DNA of 64,000 nucleotides from Gammaproteobacteria bacterium (lineage in GTDB: Bacteria; Pseudomonadota; Gammaproteobacteria; Eutrophobiales; Eutrophobiaceae). The stretch's first letter is position 1; each line of letters opens with the position of its first letter. This document shows, piece by piece, positions 1 through 9,714 of this stretch. The stretch covers positions 3,936,001 through 4,000,000 of the forward strand of contig OZ220696.1 of NCBI GenBank assembly GCA_965116495.1. Reading direction: 5' to 3'. Below the pieces are notes generated by a model. That model ran no database searches. It had not been told where the DNA came from and was given only the letters and a program-made list of their open reading frames with translations. The translations under genes and the position numbers were made by a program.

Positions 1-580
1 TGGGCCGGCTGTTCCCGGCGAGAATGATAGGCGGATGAGGACGTTGCACCGGCTTCGGGTAGAATCGGCAAGGGGGCAAATCATAAAAATCATCGTGGTA
101 CTCGGAAACGCGGTCACACCACAGGCGTTTTATCACTTCTATATAAGAGCGGGTGCGCGCCCCGCGTTGTTCAAACGGCGCGCCCACAACCTTGAATTCC
201 TCGGCCATCCAGCCAAGGCCGACCCCGAATAACAGGCGCCCGTTGGAAAGCCAGTCAACGTTTCCGGCTTCTTTTGCGGTGTAAACAGGATTGCGTTGCG
301 GCAGGACGCAAATTGCGCTGCCCAGGCGTATCCTGCCGGTGACCGCGGCGAGATAGGCCAGTGACGTGAATATATCCAATTCGACGTTGTCTTCCACGTT
401 CTCCAACGGCATCTGGCCGTCTTCAGACACCGGGTAGTTTGCCTCGTAGTTATCCGTTATGACGACATGTTCGCCAATCCAGAGGGAATCAAAGCCCAGG
501 GCTTCGGCGGTTATGCCGAACGTGCGAATTAATTCCGGGGTGGAGTAGAGATTGAGAGGAACCAGTACACCGAGTTTCAT
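1..580 (-). CDS. LLM-class (luciferase-like, probable F420-dependent, Rv2161c-type) oxidoreductase, 3' end outside window
   Basis: Not in the ORF track. Manual translation from ATG at 580 gives MKLGVLVPLNLYSTPEL...LWIGEHVV...VLPQRNPVYTAKEAGNVDWLSNGRL...FYPKPVQRPHPPI, a close paralog of 4482..5363. Confidence 0.9.
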   Translation of the reverse strand, partial: MKLGVLVPLNLYSTPELIRTFGITAEALGFDSLWIGEHVVITDNYEANYPVSEDGQMPLENVEDNVELDIFTSLAYLAAVTGRIRLGSAICVLPQRNPVYTAKEAGNVDWLSNGRLLFGVGLGWMAEEFKVVGAPFEQRGARTRSYIEVIKRLWCDRVSEYHDDFYDLPPCRFYPKPVQRPHPPIILAGNSRP

Positions 581-610
581 ACTATGCTTCCTGATTAAAT
601 AACAAGAGAT

Positions 611-714
611 TAGGCCATTCTTGTCCGGCAACCCGGCAACAATGGTTTATAACTTTATGATATATTGGGTTTTGGCCGCATCAAGGTTTTTATTTTAGGC
701 CGACGCACTATTAT
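611..714. promoter_or_regulatory. Divergent LLM/tetR control region with two operator-like sites
   Basis: TAGGCCA at 611, TAGGCCG at 696 followed by TATTAT at 709, and IHF-like TAACTTTATGATA at 650-662. Confidence 0.55.
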
Positions 715-769
715 TCGCAAGCATTTTTCGAGTATCATGCAACATCATGGGCGGATAAATACCGATATA

Positions 770-1405
770 ATGAACGCAGAACAACCGGAAAAACCGGACA
801 AGCCACAATCGAACAATAAAGTCACCGGGACCAAGGGGCAGAAGCGCCGCCAGCAGATCATTGACGCGGCGAAGCAGGCCCTGATAGAGGGTGGCGCGAA
901 CAGCCTGGTCCTGCGCGATGTCGCGGACCAGATTGGTATCACCCACGGCAATCTTCAATATTACTTCCCCACGAAAAACGATCTGCTGATAGCGATATTC
1001 GACCAGGCGGTAGAGAAATACACGGAGAGCATGAAGGTGGCAGTCTCCGAAACGTCCACCAGCAAGGGCAGGCTGGATGCCATCATCGATGCCGGTATCG
1101 CCGAGTTGAAAGCGCCCGAAACCGCGTTATGGCGCATGATGATGTCCCTAGCGGACCACAACACGGACATGGCCTCGATTTTGAAGAAGGAAAACGACCT
1201 GTATGAACAGGTCGTGGCGGAGGAATTGGAGTTAATTTCTCCAGGGCTGTCTATTCAACGCAGGCGCCATATCGCCCGGATCATCCACGCCATACTCGAC
1301 GGACTCGGCATCCAGTTCTCCTATGAAGATGCGGAAGGCCCGGAGATGCGGGCGCTGGCCAGCGAGATTAAGATAGCGTTATTCGCCATGCTGCAGGCGA
1401 GTTAG
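770..1405 (+). CDS. TetR/AcrR family transcriptional regulator
   Basis: N-terminal HTH (IIDAAKQALIEGG..LRDVADQIGITHGNLQYYFPTKNDL). Start moved from TTG 665 to in-frame ATG 770. Confidence 0.92.
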   Translation: MNAEQPEKPDKPQSNNKVTGTKGQKRRQQIIDAAKQALIEGGANSLVLRDVADQIGITHGNLQYYFPTKNDLLIAIFDQAVEKYTESMKVAVSETSTSKGRLDAIIDAGIAELKAPETALWRMMMSLADHNTDMASILKKENDLYEQVVAEELELISPGLSIQRRRHIARIIHAILDGLGIQFSYEDAEGPEMRALASEIKIALFAMLQAS

Positions 1406-2193
1406 CGTTTGCTAATCATAAACGAACGTAATTCTTCGGTAGTGTATGTCTTCTCTACTTTGCCGTAATTCAGCTCAGCATTGGCGCGGCCGTATTCGAA
1501 AGAAATCAACTCTTTGACGGGTAACATGGAATCGGAATGCGCGCCGAACTGCAGGTTCCCCGAACCGGTATAGACTTCTGCCTTCCCGTCCGAACCAATG
1601 ATCGGGTTGACCTGGTAGTTCAGTGTAACCATCTGTGCCAGAATTGGTAATTGCCCTCCTTCTGCGTCCGGTATAACGCGCAGACAGATAAGGGGTACCG
1701 CATCTCCGTCACTTGCCAGTTCATTCCTTGCCGGTTTCATCATGGCCCGGATGGCCCGGTCGTCAGGTTTGACATCCATCACTGCCTCTACATGACCGTC
1801 GCTGTGCTTGATAACGTCGATCCGGTGGGCGCGTTTTTTGCCAAATCCGTACAGTTCACGATCCACAATCTGTGAGGTTTCACTGGTACAGTACACCCCC
1901 GCCAGGTAGCCGTGGACTTTGCCTTGCCATTCACACAGGATACCGGTAAACACCTCGTTGTAGGCCCCTACAGTGCTCCAATGATTTCTCTCGATCACCA
2001 TGAATGCAGTGGCAGGTTCATGGAGTGAGAGAACGGGAGGCAGGATGTCAAGTATGGCGTCATCCTCAGTCTTCCAGGTGACGGTAACGGCTTCAAAATC
2101 GCGGAAATAGTAGGGACCTCTATGCACAGAAGGGCTGTGTAGAGGTGCGAATGCGCCCCATTTGTCAAAAGTGAGTCGTCCGGGTTTTGGCAT
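1402..2193 (-). CDS. Acetoacetate decarboxylase-like (ADC superfamily) protein 1
   Basis: GPYYFRD and DRELYGFGKK (Schiff-base Lys motif), LRVIPD..LAQ; paralog of 5494 and 7756. Confidence 0.85.
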   Translation of the reverse strand: MPKPGRLTFDKWGAFAPLHSPSVHRGPYYFRDFEAVTVTWKTEDDAILDILPPVLSLHEPATAFMVIERNHWSTVGAYNEVFTGILCEWQGKVHGYLAGVYCTSETSQIVDRELYGFGKKRAHRIDVIKHSDGHVEAVMDVKPDDRAIRAMMKPARNELASDGDAVPLICLRVIPDAEGGQLPILAQMVTLNYQVNPIIGSDGKAEVYTGSGNLQFGAHSDSMLPVKELISFEYGRANAELNYGKVEKTYTTEELRSFMISKR

Positions 2194-2218
2194 TGTATTA
2201 TTCTCGCAGGGTTGTCAG

Positions 2219-4465
2219 CTAAATTTGTGTTATCCGAACCGGAATAGCGTTCAGTACTGCTGTCCCGGATAAAGTATCCAGGTTCATGTCGTCTACCAGT
2301 ACATTCATGTTTGACCCCGGTTTCTGCCGGGCGATGTTCAAGCGCATACCTTCCCTGTTGTGTCCCCATCCATGAGGCATACTCACGACTCCCGGCATGA
2401 TATCTTCGGTAATCTCAACAGGTATTTCGATCTCCCCGGTATTTGTGCTCAATCTGGCCGGCCTGCCGTCATCCAGGGACAGCCGCTGCGCATCTTCCGG
2501 ATGAACCTGCAGGGTGCAACGGGATTGACCTTTCGCCAGAATATCAACGTTGTGACCCCATGAGTTGATACTGCGCAAATGCCGGCGTCCGATTAGTAAT
2601 AGTTCTTCCCCGGAAGGGTGTTGCAGCGGCGCCTGAAGCAATGTGCGGGCTTCTTCCATGAAGGCTGCGGGAGCCATCTCAATTTTTCCGTTGGGTGTGC
2701 GCAATACTTCGGGTAAGCGCGGTTGTAAAGCGCCAAAATCAACCCCGTCAGGTTTGGAAATTATTTTTTCCAGTGTTATACCGTCCGGGTTCGCGCCAAA
2801 TCCATCGCCATAGGGGCCGACTCTGAACCCGGCGTCCAATACCCGTTCCACACCGCGCTTGCCTGAGAGCCGGCTCATTGCAGAGGGAATATCAATACCG
2901 TGAGCTATGGAATACTCATCAGCCGCCGCTTCGGCGATAATTTCACTGATCATCCGGTCCTCCATTTCCTGTAAACCTTGTTCGTCCTGAACCCCAAGCC
3001 CGGCTGCTATAGCGCTGATTTGCAGTAATACATCCCAATCCGATACCCACTCCGCGGGTGACGTGAACAGGGCAGGGGAGAACCGGACAACATTCCGCAC
3101 TGCATACATGGCCGAAAAACTCCCGTAGTAGCATGTTTCGAAAGTAGGGGTTCCCGGCAGGATTACATCGGCATGGCGCGAGGTTTCGTTGATATAAATA
3201 TCCAGCGACAGGAAAAAATCCAGTCGGGACAGCGCCTTGTCCAGGCGTTCCGGGTTCGGGGCACTGGATACCGGATTTCCGCACATGGTAACCAGGGCGC
3301 GGATTTGTCCATCTCCAGGTGTTTCAATTTCTTCAGCCAGACAGGCAACCGGCAATTCACCACAGGTCGGCGGCATGTTGCGAACACGGCTACGGAACGT
3401 GGATTTGGGTAGCGGTTCACCTGTACCCGGTTTACCCTTTGTGTTGGCAGCAAACGATGGCGCCTTGGCAAACATCATACCGCCGGGTTTATCAAGATTG
3501 CCGGTCACGATGTTAATGACTTCAATTAACCAACTGGTAACCGTACCGTACTTCTGCGTGGTGGAGCCGACCCGGCCGTAAACGCCTGCTCTTTCCCTTG
3601 TCGCCAGTTCATGGGCGATTGTTTCAATGGATAAGGCATCTATCCCGCAGTTGGCCGACATTTGTTCCAGGGAAACCAGTTTTGCCAACGCTTCTATCGT
3701 ATCCAGGCCTGATATGAACGGGGCGATAGCGGCTGTTTTCGACAACCGGTCACGAAATATGACATGCAGCACGGCCAACAGGAAATACTGGTCCTGTCCC
3801 GGGCGAATGAACAAATGCCGGTCGGCAATTTTTGCCGTCTCAGTACGGCGAGGGTCCACAACAACCAACTTGCCGTTGCGCTTTTTCAAATCCCGCGCAC
3901 GTTTCCTGAAATTGGTTGCCAGCCATAAACTCCCGTTGGAAATTTCCGGGTTTGCACCGATGATGAGCAGGTAGTCAGTGCGGTCTATATCGGGTACGGG
4001 GTTGGTGGACTCATCACCATACATTTCGGTGCAAGTGAGTATCTTCGGGAGTGCATCGACAGAGTTGGCCGTATACAGATGAGGCGTAGCAAGGGCTTCG
4101 TACAGAAACAGAAAGCCGGTATTAAAAGCTGCGCTGCGTAAAGTGGCATTACCCACGTACAGGGCAACAGACTCCTTACCATATCGTTGTGTTACGTCTG
4201 ACAGTTTTTCATCGATAACCGCAAAGGCTTCATCCCAGCCGGCAGGCACAAGCTTGCCGTTTTTTCGCACCATTGGTGTCCTTAGCCGGTCCGGGTCATC
4301 TCCCAGTTCCATTAGTGCCACACCTTTAGGACAGACATGTCCCAGGGTCATCAGATCATTGTTATTGCCACGAATGCTGACTACCTTATTTTCTTCGAGC
4401 GTAAGTTCCAGCCCACAGATGGCTTCACAATTCGGACAGATGTAGTAGCTCTCCCGGCGGGACAT
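2219..4465 (-). CDS. Molybdopterin-dependent oxidoreductase (DMSO reductase superfamily, cytoplasmic, N-terminal 4Fe-4S)
   Basis: CPNCEAICG..CPKG, DPDRLRTPM, VVVDPRRTETA, HADVILPG, C-terminal PGVVSMPHGWG. No Tat signal. Confidence 0.9.
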   Translation of the reverse strand: MSRRESYYICPNCEAICGLELTLEENKVVSIRGNNNDLMTLGHVCPKGVALMELGDDPDRLRTPMVRKNGKLVPAGWDEAFAVIDEKLSDVTQRYGKESVALYVGNATLRSAAFNTGFLFLYEALATPHLYTANSVDALPKILTCTEMYGDESTNPVPDIDRTDYLLIIGANPEISNGSLWLATNFRKRARDLKKRNGKLVVVDPRRTETAKIADRHLFIRPGQDQYFLLAVLHVIFRDRLSKTAAIAPFISGLDTIEALAKLVSLEQMSANCGIDALSIETIAHELATRERAGVYGRVGSTTQKYGTVTSWLIEVINIVTGNLDKPGGMMFAKAPSFAANTKGKPGTGEPLPKSTFRSRVRNMPPTCGELPVACLAEEIETPGDGQIRALVTMCGNPVSSAPNPERLDKALSRLDFFLSLDIYINETSRHADVILPGTPTFETCYYGSFSAMYAVRNVVRFSPALFTSPAEWVSDWDVLLQISAIAAGLGVQDEQGLQEMEDRMISEIIAEAAADEYSIAHGIDIPSAMSRLSGKRGVERVLDAGFRVGPYGDGFGANPDGITLEKIISKPDGVDFGALQPRLPEVLRTPNGKIEMAPAAFMEEARTLLQAPLQHPSGEELLLIGRRHLRSINSWGHNVDILAKGQSRCTLQVHPEDAQRLSLDDGRPARLSTNTGEIEIPVEITEDIMPGVVSMPHGWGHNREGMRLNIARQKPGSNMNVLVDDMNLDTLSGTAVLNAIPVRITQI

Positions 4466-4481
4466 GGACAGAAATCATCAG

Positions 4482-5363
4482 TTAAATTGATGAAACGAAA
4501 TCCAGGTATTGTTCGGCTAACCTGTTTAACAGACTTTCGACCTCGGCTGCAGATGTTGCAAAGTGCAAAAGGACGAGTTCGTCGACACCCAGTTCCCTGT
4601 ATTCCTCAATCATTTCGTGGTCATAGTCATGTCCATAGGGACAGGCATAAACCTTAATCTCTTCTCTTGGCCGGTTCGCCTCAACAAGCGCGGCTTCCAG
4701 GTCCGCGATTTGCGGAGCCAGTTGTTCGGGATTGGCGCCGATGGCAAACCAGCCCTGGCACTGGTCTGCAACGCGCCTGAAACTGGGTTTACTGTTACCG
4801 GCAAAAATAATGGGCGGGTGGGGCGTTTGAACGGGCTTCGGATAGAAGCTGCAGGGGCGTAAGTCATAAAATTCATCATGGTATTCAGAGACAGGGTCGC
4901 ACCACAGGCGTTTTATCACCTCGATATACGAACGGGATCGCGCCCCGCGCTGTTCATAGGTGGCGCCGACAGCTTCAAACTCCTCTCTCTGCCACCCCAG
5001 CCCGACGCCGAGTTCCAGGCGCCCGTTTGAAAGCCAATCCACGTTTGCCGCTTCTTTTGCCGTGTAAACCGGATTGCGTTGCGGCAGCACGATGACAGCG
5101 GTGCCCAGCCGTATTCTGTCAGTGATCGAGGCAAGGTAAGCCAGGGAAGTGAATGCATCGAGTTCAGCATTATCGGCAGCTTCTTCGTACTCCATCCTGC
5201 CATCTTCGTATACGGGAAAGTTCGGATCGTAATCATCCACCATCACAACATGCTCACCGACCCACAGCGAGTTAAAACCCAGTTTCTCCGCAGTCGTTCC
5301 AAGCGCGCGCAGAAACTCCGGGGTTGCGGTAAGGTTAAGCGGGACCAGTACGCCTAATTTCAT
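4482..5363 (-). CDS. LLM-class probable F420-dependent oxidoreductase (Rv2161c-type)
   Basis: LWVGEHVV, RIRLGTAVIVLPQRNP, LSNGRLELGVGLGW, PKPVQTPHPPI. Confidence 0.9.
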   Translation of the reverse strand: MKLGVLVPLNLTATPEFLRALGTTAEKLGFNSLWVGEHVVMVDDYDPNFPVYEDGRMEYEEAADNAELDAFTSLAYLASITDRIRLGTAVIVLPQRNPVYTAKEAANVDWLSNGRLELGVGLGWQREEFEAVGATYEQRGARSRSYIEVIKRLWCDPVSEYHDEFYDLRPCSFYPKPVQTPHPPIIFAGNSKPSFRRVADQCQGWFAIGANPEQLAPQIADLEAALVEANRPREEIKVYACPYGHDYDHEMIEEYRELGVDELVLLHFATSAAEVESLLNRLAEQYLDFVSSI

Positions 5364-5493
5364 GGTTTATTCCCCCGATTTCCGCCAGGTGGCGTTCGAA
5401 GCCTGAAACAGCGGAAAAATACCCGGTACATGTTAACTCGAACCACCGTGTGGTCCGGGCCCATGTTCGTGTTACCGGCGGTTGCGCTCTTTC

Positions 5494-6249
5494 TCAGTAG
5501 GTCTTGAGAATTTTCCCGTAGGGCAGGTCGGCCGTCATCCTGACATATTTGGCGTCGACAATCTGCACTACCGGCAGATTCACATCGGATATTCTGTCAA
5601 CTTCCAGTGATGCCGAACCGTTGTATAACTCGTCCTTGCCATCAGGGCCCTTGTGGGGGACGCCGGTAAACAACACCGAGTTCAACTGCGCCACGGCGGG
5701 CGTATCGCTGCCCTCGACATCGGGTATGACTTTAAGGACCGCGAGCGGCAGTGCCGCCAGTTCCGAAGCGGGCAGGTTTCTATCCGGGAAGAAAAAGGTT
5801 TTGGCGACTATGTGGCCCGGTTTGACCTCTACAACACCCTCGATCTCACCGGTCCCGTGCTTGATCAACTCGATACGGTGGGCGAGTTTTTTTCCGAAAC
5901 CCCAGACTTCCCGGCCTATGATGAGGGCATTTTCCGTCGTCACGTATACGGCGTTGGTGTAACCGTATACCTGGCCTTCATGCATACACAGGATCCCGGT
6001 GTACACCTCGCCGTAAGGGCCGCCACTGGTACTGATATTATTGACTTCCAGCACCATGAACGCGGTTGCAGGTTCAATCAGTTCAAGCTCCGGCGGCATG
6101 ATATCAAGTGCCGCATCTTCATCGGTCAGGTAGGTAATCACCAGCGCTTCGGTATCGCGGTAATACCAGGGGCCTTTCTTATAAGAAGCATTGTGTGCGG
6201 GCATTGTTGAGCCCCATTGATCGGGTGTCAGTCTTCCCATTTTTGCCAT
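5494..6249 (-). CDS. Acetoacetate decarboxylase-like protein 2
   Basis: GPWYYRD, GREVWGFGKK, LKVIPD..VAQL; RBS GGAG upstream. Confidence 0.88.
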   Translation of the reverse strand: MAKMGRLTPDQWGSTMPAHNASYKKGPWYYRDTEALVITYLTDEDAALDIMPPELELIEPATAFMVLEVNNISTSGGPYGEVYTGILCMHEGQVYGYTNAVYVTTENALIIGREVWGFGKKLAHRIELIKHGTGEIEGVVEVKPGHIVAKTFFFPDRNLPASELAALPLAVLKVIPDVEGSDTPAVAQLNSVLFTGVPHKGPDGKDELYNGSASLEVDRISDVNLPVVQIVDAKYVRMTADLPYGKILKTY

Positions 6250-6334
6250 GATGATAATCTCCGCTGTTTCTTTGTCCTTTATGGGGAAAGAATGTGAGTC
6301 TTCAAAATAAATTATATTTGATAAAGCGTTGGTG

Positions 6335-6478
6335 AGTATAGGCCAAATTATTTATTTTTGCAAATCGTCCAGCAAATGAGTTAACCTACTGAATAGTATA
6401 TTAAATCATCGATTTTATAGTGTTAATTATGTAAATTATCATAAGATACCTATATTTAAATTAGGCCAATGGCATAAT
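6335..6478. promoter_or_regulatory. Divergent promoter cassette with paired operators
   Basis: Minus-strand TTGCAA-17-TATACT (6363..6335); TAGGCCA at 6339; TAGGCCAATGGCATA at 6462; IHF-like TAACCTACTGAAT at 6382. Confidence 0.7.
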
Positions 6479-6539
6479 AATATTCATTATCCACAGGACG
6501 CTGGTCAATCAGCCGGTGCATGTATAGTTAAAAACGATA

Positions 6540-7697
6540 ATGCAGCATTCCAGTAAAAATTCTGATATTGCCTTAATAATTGCGGTCGCGGCCGGGACAT
6601 ATATCAGTATCACCTCGTCTAATTTCTCCCCGCTTTTAATCGGCATATTAGCGGATTCAGACATAGTAGCTGAAATTACCGGAGCCTATATTTTAGCACT
6701 TGAAATTTGTGCCATCCCTGTTGCGACGCTCGTAGTATTGCCTTTCATACAGCATGTTAATCGGCAAAGGTTAGCAATTGCAGGTGTTGTGTTCGCTACG
6801 ATTGCTCAATTGATCAGTCCGTTTTTCCTGGAGAATTATGAGCTCTTTATAACACGTTTTTGTGTTGGGCTTGGGCTGGGTTGTGTTTATGCCGCGGTCA
6901 ATTCAGTAGGCGCAACTTCCGAATATCCAGATAAGGTATTTGGCTATTCAACAGCTATTACATTTCTCCTGTACGCAATTACGCAACCACTGATGTCCAT
7001 GGTCATCGGGAGTTTTGGGTTTGGCGGTGCATGTATCTTTCTTACGGTAGCAGGATTGATTTCTCTGCTGTTTATTCGCAACTTTCCCAGTGAACCCAGC
7101 ATAGTCAAACAGCAAAAAATAGAGGTGCATTGGCGCTATTACATTGCCTTACTGATTACAATTATATTAATTAATCTTGCCGCCGGTACAACCTGGGCAT
7201 TTGTGGAAAGAGTAGGAGTTAGCAGGTTTGGATTGGATATTGAAATAATTGGTTTGATTCTCGGGATAGGAACAGCAGCCGGGGTAGTGGGGGCTTATTC
7301 AGCTTCATGGGCTTATACCCACCTGGGTCGCATAAATTCAATATTGTTTGGCTTGGTCTTGTTTGGAGCGACAAGTTACGGGATCACAAATTCAACTACA
7401 ATACCAGTCTATACCGGCAGTATAATTCTTTACTGGTTTATCTATCTGTTTCTTTATCCACTACTGTTCAGCGCTGCTGCTGAGCTGGATCGTTCCGGAC
7501 GTCTGGCTACCATTACCGGCGGTTTATTATGGCTTGCTGTTGGCATCGGACCTGCGGTTGGCGGACTGATTGCTTCTCGATATAGCTACGGCATGCTTGG
7601 ATGGTTCAGTTTTTTCTGTTGCGTTCTAGCAGTGCCTTTTTTCTATAGGGTAGGCCGGTACTTGGAGACCCGTTATGAAAGCTCTTCAAAAGCTTGA
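6540..7697 (+). CDS. MFS transporter
   Basis: About 12 hydrophobic segments and an RFCVGLGLG MFS-type motif; visibly AT-richer than its neighbours. Confidence 0.85.
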   Translation: MQHSSKNSDIALIIAVAAGTYISITSSNFSPLLIGILADSDIVAEITGAYILALEICAIPVATLVVLPFIQHVNRQRLAIAGVVFATIAQLISPFFLENYELFITRFCVGLGLGCVYAAVNSVGATSEYPDKVFGYSTAITFLLYAITQPLMSMVIGSFGFGGACIFLTVAGLISLLFIRNFPSEPSIVKQQKIEVHWRYYIALLITIILINLAAGTTWAFVERVGVSRFGLDIEIIGLILGIGTAAGVVGAYSASWAYTHLGRINSILFGLVLFGATSYGITNSTTIPVYTGSIILYWFIYLFLYPLLFSAAAELDRSGRLATITGGLLWLAVGIGPAVGGLIASRYSYGMLGWFSFFCCVLAVPFFYRVGRYLETRYESSSKA

Positions 7698-7755
7698 GTT
7701 TTTTACCTTTGGTCAAGCGGACTACGAAAGGATAAAACAGGTGGTATTCAGTCCG

Positions 7756-8589
7756 TCAGCGAATCGCCCTTATTGCCTGTATGTTCCCCGCTGAGGCCTC
7801 TACCTCTGCAGCTTCGAACTCTTCCGCCGTGTAGGTCTTCAGGATCTTCGGGTACTCCAGCACGGAGTCATAGCGCGAAAATTTGAACGATGCAACACCG
7901 CGAATGGGCAACTGAAGGTCGGACGGCCACCCGAAGGCGAGATGTCCGGGGCCGCTATAGACCATGGCACGGCCCTGCGCATCAACGTGAGGATGGACCG
8001 GATACGGCTGAGAGACGAGTTGCGCCAAGGCAGGACGGTCTCCACCCTCAGAATCAGGGAATGTCTTGAGAAATATCATCGGAATAGACTGGTGCGCGCC
8101 CAGTGCTTCGGCCGACTCGTGCGTAGCCGGCCGCATTACGGCACATGCTGCCCGGTCACCGTTCTTGATCTCCATGATCGCCTGGATGTCTCCATCCTCG
8201 TGCTGAGTAACCTCGATGCGCTCAGCGGTCTTCTTGCCACATCCAACGATTTCCCGGGCAACCACCCGGGAAGCGACGCCGCTCGTGTACACGGCAGGGA
8301 TGTAACAGCAGTCTTCTCCCTGCCACTTGCACATGATGCCCATGTAGGCCTCGCTATAGGGCCCCAGCGTCGTCCAATGGTTGTCCGCAATTGAGACGAA
8401 TGCCGTCGCCGGCTCGACAAGCTCGAGATCGGGAGGCATGAGGCTGCGCGCCGCATCCTCGTCTGTTTCAAATTCAATGATGATCCCTTCGGTGTTGATA
8501 TAATACCAGGGACCCTTGGATGCACAGGAGTCATGAACCGGCGAGAATGGACCCCACTTGTCCAGCGTAAGCGTACCCGTTTTACCCAT
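7756..8589 (-). CDS. Acetoacetate decarboxylase-like protein 3
   Basis: Start moved to ATG 8589 (RBS GGGGAG; MGKTGTLTLDKWG aligns with paralogs); AREIVGCGKK motif. Confidence 0.85.
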   Translation of the reverse strand: MGKTGTLTLDKWGPFSPVHDSCASKGPWYYINTEGIIIEFETDEDAARSLMPPDLELVEPATAFVSIADNHWTTLGPYSEAYMGIMCKWQGEDCCYIPAVYTSGVASRVVAREIVGCGKKTAERIEVTQHEDGDIQAIMEIKNGDRAACAVMRPATHESAEALGAHQSIPMIFLKTFPDSEGGDRPALAQLVSQPYPVHPHVDAQGRAMVYSGPGHLAFGWPSDLQLPIRGVASFKFSRYDSVLEYPKILKTYTAEEFEAAEVEASAGNIQAIRAIR

Positions 8590-8625
8590 CTTTCTTATCT
8601 CCCCTGTTGATTGAGGTAAGTATGG

Positions 8626-8654
8626 AATATAGGCCATTGGCCGGGTCTTATCAA
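8626..8654 (-). promoter_or_regulatory. sigma70 promoter overlapped by operator
   Basis: Minus-strand TTGATA-17-TATATT; TAGGCCATTGGCCGG at 8630. Confidence 0.65.
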
Positions 8655-8750
8655 GTCGCAACATTGTTGATGCCAGGTCCGTTGCTTATAATGTTAATAA
8701 AACTGAACAAACTGTTCGCAGTAACATAAGACTTTTGGAAAGGTATTATT

Positions 8751-9545
8751 ATGCATATTGATCTGAGTGATAAGCGTGCGCTGGTTACTGGAGGAGCTTC
8801 AGGTATTGGCGCTGCGATTGCCGAAGTATTTGCTGACTCGGGGGCACATGTCGCCGTTCATGCCCGTACCCTTGCGAAAGCGGAAGCAACTGTAGAACAG
8901 ATTAAGGCGGGTGGCGGGCAGGCCTTTGCTGTTGAAGCCGACCTGACCGACCCGGCGGCTATCGAAGCCATGTGTGATGCCGGGGTCAAGGGACTCGGCG
9001 GCATCGACATCGTCATGAATAATGCCGGCCTGTATATCCCGGAAGCAATGGTGGAAAGTGACATCGATACCTGGCGCAGGACCATGGCGGTCAACCTGGA
9101 AGCGCCGCAACTCATCACCAGGATTACGCTTCAAACCATGATCGAACAGGGCACGGGGGGAAGGCAGTTATATGTCTCGTCGGTAAGCGCAATCATGGCG
9201 GAAGTGCTGGGTAGCCCTTATTGCGCTTCCAAGGCAGGGCTGAATGCCCTGGTCCGATGCCTGGCCGTAGAAGTCGGCCAATACGGCATAACCGCAAACA
9301 GCATCAACCCCGGCTGGGTGGATACGCCTATGGCGAGGAAGGCGTTTGAGGATATGAAGGAAGAAGGGCAGACGCTTGAAGAGATAATTGAAGAGAGTAT
9401 GAGTGATAATACCCTTGGTGTTGTCATCAAGCCGGCGGATATTGCCGCCATGGCGGCCTATCTCGCCAGTGAGCATGGTCGTTGTATTACCGGGCAGGAT
9501 ATCAATATCTGCGCCGGCTTGAGCCTCGTACGCTACGGAGACTGA
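8751..9545 (+). CDS. Short-chain dehydrogenase/reductase
   Basis: TGGASGIG, NNAG, YCASK. Confidence 0.93.
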   Translation: MHIDLSDKRALVTGGASGIGAAIAEVFADSGAHVAVHARTLAKAEATVEQIKAGGGQAFAVEADLTDPAAIEAMCDAGVKGLGGIDIVMNNAGLYIPEAMVESDIDTWRRTMAVNLEAPQLITRITLQTMIEQGTGGRQLYVSSVSAIMAEVLGSPYCASKAGLNALVRCLAVEVGQYGITANSINPGWVDTPMARKAFEDMKEEGQTLEEIIEESMSDNTLGVVIKPADIAAMAAYLASEHGRCITGQDINICAGLSLVRYGD

Positions 9546-9560
9546 TTACAACGTATAGTT

Positions 9561-9627
9561 GGGGTCAGAGTAAAATCTTGAAGAACATTGCCGGTGGCAG
9601 GGTCAAGGGTGATTTTACTCTGACCTC
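9561..9627. repeat. REP-like inverted pair, family A (GGGGTCAGAGTAAAA...TTTTACTCTGACC)
   Basis: Inverted repeat; the same unit recurs at 35343-35425. Confidence 0.75.
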
Positions 9628-9644
9628 GAGTATTATCCCCTGTT

Positions 9645-9673
9645 CGTCATTCCGGGCTTGACCCGGAATGACG
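9645..9673. repeat. REP-like hairpin, family B (GTCATTCC...GGAAT)
   Basis: Perfect 12-bp stem CGTCATTCCGGG/CCCGGAATGACG between convergent genes; related to 52667 and 55068. Confidence 0.75.
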
Positions 9674-9714
9674 ACATAAACAGTGCGACGCTATTTATGT
9701 CGTTATGTATAGAA

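Noticed and set aside
665-769. N-terminal extensions in the ORF track (also 8590-8664, 15709-15771, 18258-18314, 39924-40103)
   Set aside because: They run over promoter/operator sequence or neighbouring genes; downstream ATGs fit the protein families and mostly have an RBS.
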